From a virus (lineage: Duplodnaviria; Caudoviricetes): 56,352 bases of DNA. This document shows, piece by piece, positions 54,431 through 56,352 of the stretch (the stretch's first letter is position 1; every line of letters begins with the position of its first letter). The stretch covers positions 1 through 56,352 of the IMG/VR virus record IMGVR_UViG_3300044960_000268, one strand, 5' to 3'. Below the pieces are notes generated by a model. That model did not search any database, was not told the origin of the DNA, and worked only from the letters and a program-made list of their open reading frames with translations. Position numbers and translations under genes: made by a program.

Positions 54431-55024
54431 CTAGTTCCACACCCAATCCCACAGTCGTCTCCACATCGAGCGATCATCGCCCTTTTGTGGAGGTAGTGGC
54501 GCAGGAGGAGAAAGCGGAGGTCCATCGTCAGAAACCCCTGCACGTACTCCTCTCATGAACAAAGCGGCCTCCGCAGCTCGTCTGCGCACCAAGCCCGGAA
54601 GAATTCTTCCCCCTCCCATACGCCACTTTGCCAGCTCACGCGGAACATCTTCCCATTCTCCTGCGTTCACTTTCCTCCTCAGTGTGGATGCACGATAGGC
54701 CCCCACACCGCAGTTATAGCAGAATGATACCAGTGCAGCACGTGAGAGAGGATGGAGTTTTCTCGTGGTCAGTCGATCAAACCCCGAAGCATCCTCTCGT
54801 AACTCGCTACTCAAGTATCTGTACGCCGTATCACGGTTTATTGGCGGATCGTTGATTTGTACTCGCCGACCGTCAGGATAGCGAGTAGTACCGATCCCAA
54901 TCGTTGCAACACCCGCCGGACAGTAGTACGGGCGCACTCGATCAGTTCCGTCATTGAGGCGTCGGAGGTAGCCCTCAAACGTCTCGATGAGCCTTAGACC
55001 CTCTTTGTGAATTACGTCGGTCAT
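54431..55024 (-). CDS. Endolysin (GH24 lysozyme)
   Basis: FEG...YYCPAGVATIGIG, ALVSFCYNCG and GLVRRRAAE motifs. Confidence 0.95.
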   Translation of the reverse strand: MTDVIHKEGLRLIETFEGYLRRLNDGTDRVRPYYCPAGVATIGIGTTRYPDGRRVQINDPPINRDTAYRYLSSELREDASGFDRLTTRKLHPLSRAALVSFCYNCGVGAYRASTLRRKVNAGEWEDVPRELAKWRMGGGRILPGLVRRRAAEAALFMRGVRAGVSDDGPPLSPPAPLPPQKGDDRSMWRRLWDWVWN

Positions 55025-55524
55025 TTGCGTTTGATCGTGCCGCGATAGCCAAACAGAAAACCGAGAACTGCGACGATAGACTCTCCAATAAGAGTGTTGA
55101 ACACCGCATTCCCGAAGTCACCGACTGACATCTTGCCAACGAGAAAGGCGCCGATGATGGCACCGGTATAGGTGGAAGCAATCCACAGGTAGAGGACGAT
55201 GATCCCAGTGGTTGCTGCAGGTCGGAGGAGAGCGTTCCATCCGTCGATCCATCTAAACCCGGAGGGACGCGCCTGAACCTCGATGATCTTCGTCAGATGC
55301 TCGCTCATAGCGCGAAATTCTTCGGCTATGGTCTGCGCTTCGATCTCTCTCAACTTGTCTTCAGTTCCCGCAGCCTGACGTTGCATCTGGAGTTCGTGCT
55401 GAAGACGTAGAAACTCGAGCTCGTGTTTGTGATCCTGTCTCTTTTCGAGATAGGTGATGACTCGCGGAACTACTCCTGTAAGAGCTCCGGAGATGAGGGC
55501 GAATAAGCCGGTCAGTATTCCCAT
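55021..55524 (-). CDS. Holin-like membrane protein
   Basis: QDHKHEL, W.D..NA..RP and three hydrophobic segments; adjacent to the endolysin. Confidence 0.7.
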   Translation of the reverse strand: MGILTGLFALISGALTGVVPRVITYLEKRQDHKHELEFLRLQHELQMQRQAAGTEDKLREIEAQTIAEEFRAMSEHLTKIIEVQARPSGFRWIDGWNALLRPAATTGIIVLYLWIASTYTGAIIGAFLVGKMSVGDFGNAVFNTLIGESIVAVLGFLFGYRGTIKRK

Positions 55525-55531
55525 GGGATCC

Positions 55532-55801
55532 TCACTTTAACAGAGCTTTGAGATCTTCAGAGGTCAGCCCAAGTTTTACAAGTTTCTGTTCAAGCGTCAA
55601 AGAGGAAAGTTCCGCCTGACGTTGGCGCTGAGCCTCTAACTCACGAGCCTCTTCTTCGTCTCGTTCTTTCTCCTCCTGATTAGTGAAGAGGATGTGCACT
55701 GTCATGTTGACCTGATGCACACGTCTTCCCGCCTTCGTTGCCTCAGCGATCTTCGGATCCACCTCGACGAGGAGGCCATTGACATTCTCGAACAGTCGCA
55801 T
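55532..55801 (-). CDS. Tail-fibre-associated small protein
   Basis: Downstream of fibre 2; C-terminal KL..LGLT.EDLKAL; GAGGAG RBS. Confidence 0.6.
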   Translation of the reverse strand: MRLFENVNGLLVEVDPKIAEATKAGRRVHQVNMTVHILFTNQEEKERDEEEARELEAQRQRQAELSSLTLEQKLVKLGLTSEDLKALLK

Positions 55802-55813
55802 TTCTTTTTCTCC

Positions 55814-56352
55814 TCAAGCTACGAGTCCGTAGAGGGTAGCAGTGCCCGCATCGATGTTACCAGCCAAAAACTGGAGAACTACCTGATTTACTATGCCAAG
55901 AGGTTGCAAGGATACTATGCAAAAAGATTGACAATCTTCTGCATCGGATGCCCCTTGACAAAAACCTACCGCATCATCAACACCGGGGGTAGTCCCTGGT
56001 CGATCCGTTCGATAGATAATCCCTTCGAACGAGATGTCTTGGGTTGCTGTCGAGATTGCGACAGATTGAGTAAAAGCTCTAAAGGCAGCAGCTGAGCCTG
56101 AAACTATGGAAGGATCTACCACGAAAATCTGACCGATAGTCGTCGAGAAAGGGGGGCCCTTGGTCGCTGAGATAAGAATATTCAAGGCATTGGTACTTGA
56201 AGAGCTGCTGAACCCTCCTCCTACTAAACGCAAGGCCTTGTAGGTCTTTGAAAGATTAAAAATCAGAGTACCCACGGGGGAACTAACGGTTTGTGTACCG
56301 ATCTCTTCCCACTTTCCGCTTTCTTCTTCGAAGAGAGTCACCTCCGTCCCCG
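55814..56352 (-). CDS. Tail fibre 2, C-terminal part (continues from 1..635 across the window junction)
   Basis: GTEVTLFEEESGKWEEIGT...LSKTY...GNIDAGTATLYG is paralogous to the fibre 1 C-terminus. 635+77+539 = 1251 nt = 417 codons, in frame. Confidence 0.85.
   Translation of the reverse strand, partial: GTEVTLFEEESGKWEEIGTQTVSSPVGTLIFNLSKTYKALRLVGGGFSSSSSTNALNILISATKGPPFSTTIGQIFVVDPSIVSGSAAAFRAFTQSVAISTATQDISFEGIIYRTDRPGTTPGVDDAVGFCQGASDAEDCQSFCIVSLQPLGIVNQVVLQFLAGNIDAGTATLYGLVA

Overview
The window is an essentially complete, circularly permuted genome of a tailed dsDNA phage with siphovirus-type tail genes. The two ends fall inside one tail-fibre gene. They join in frame if 77 bp are missing, and those bases correspond to positions 1162-1238 of the neighbouring paralogue. 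The minus strand carries the late operon (about 24.8 kb down to 1, continuing from 56352 to about 52.5 kb): terminase, portal fused to an Acb1-like 2H phosphoesterase, head morphogenesis protein, a glycosyltransferase/methyltransferase island, DUF2213 protease/scaffold, decoration protein, capsid, neck, tail tube, frameshifted chaperones, tape measure, tail hub, two paralogous tail fibres, lysis genes and a metallophosphoesterase. The plus strand (about 25-51.5 kb) carries early cassettes with sigma70-like promoters and terminators, a probable origin with long alternating purine-pyrimidine tracts, an SF1 helicase and a divergent primase-helicase. It also carries a pyrimidine-modification module (dNMP kinase, all-alpha NTP pyrophosphatase, two thymidylate-synthase-fold proteins with the cytosine-type Asp, dCMP deaminase), a UDG-PolA fusion, Cas4-like/Sak4/SSB recombination genes, HD and MazG nucleotidases, VRR-NUC and an SNF2 helicase. 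A serine resolvase lies on the minus strand. I found no integrase, CI-type repressor, tRNA or CRISPR array. The most notable items are the glycosylation island inside the head operon, the twin-TS cytosine-modification pathway, an un-called 47-aa RiPP-leader-like peptide with its own promoter and terminator, the portal-Acb1 fusion, duplicated fibres sharing an identical core, and six paralogous HTH domains. All family assignments come from motif recognition by eye; no database searches were run.
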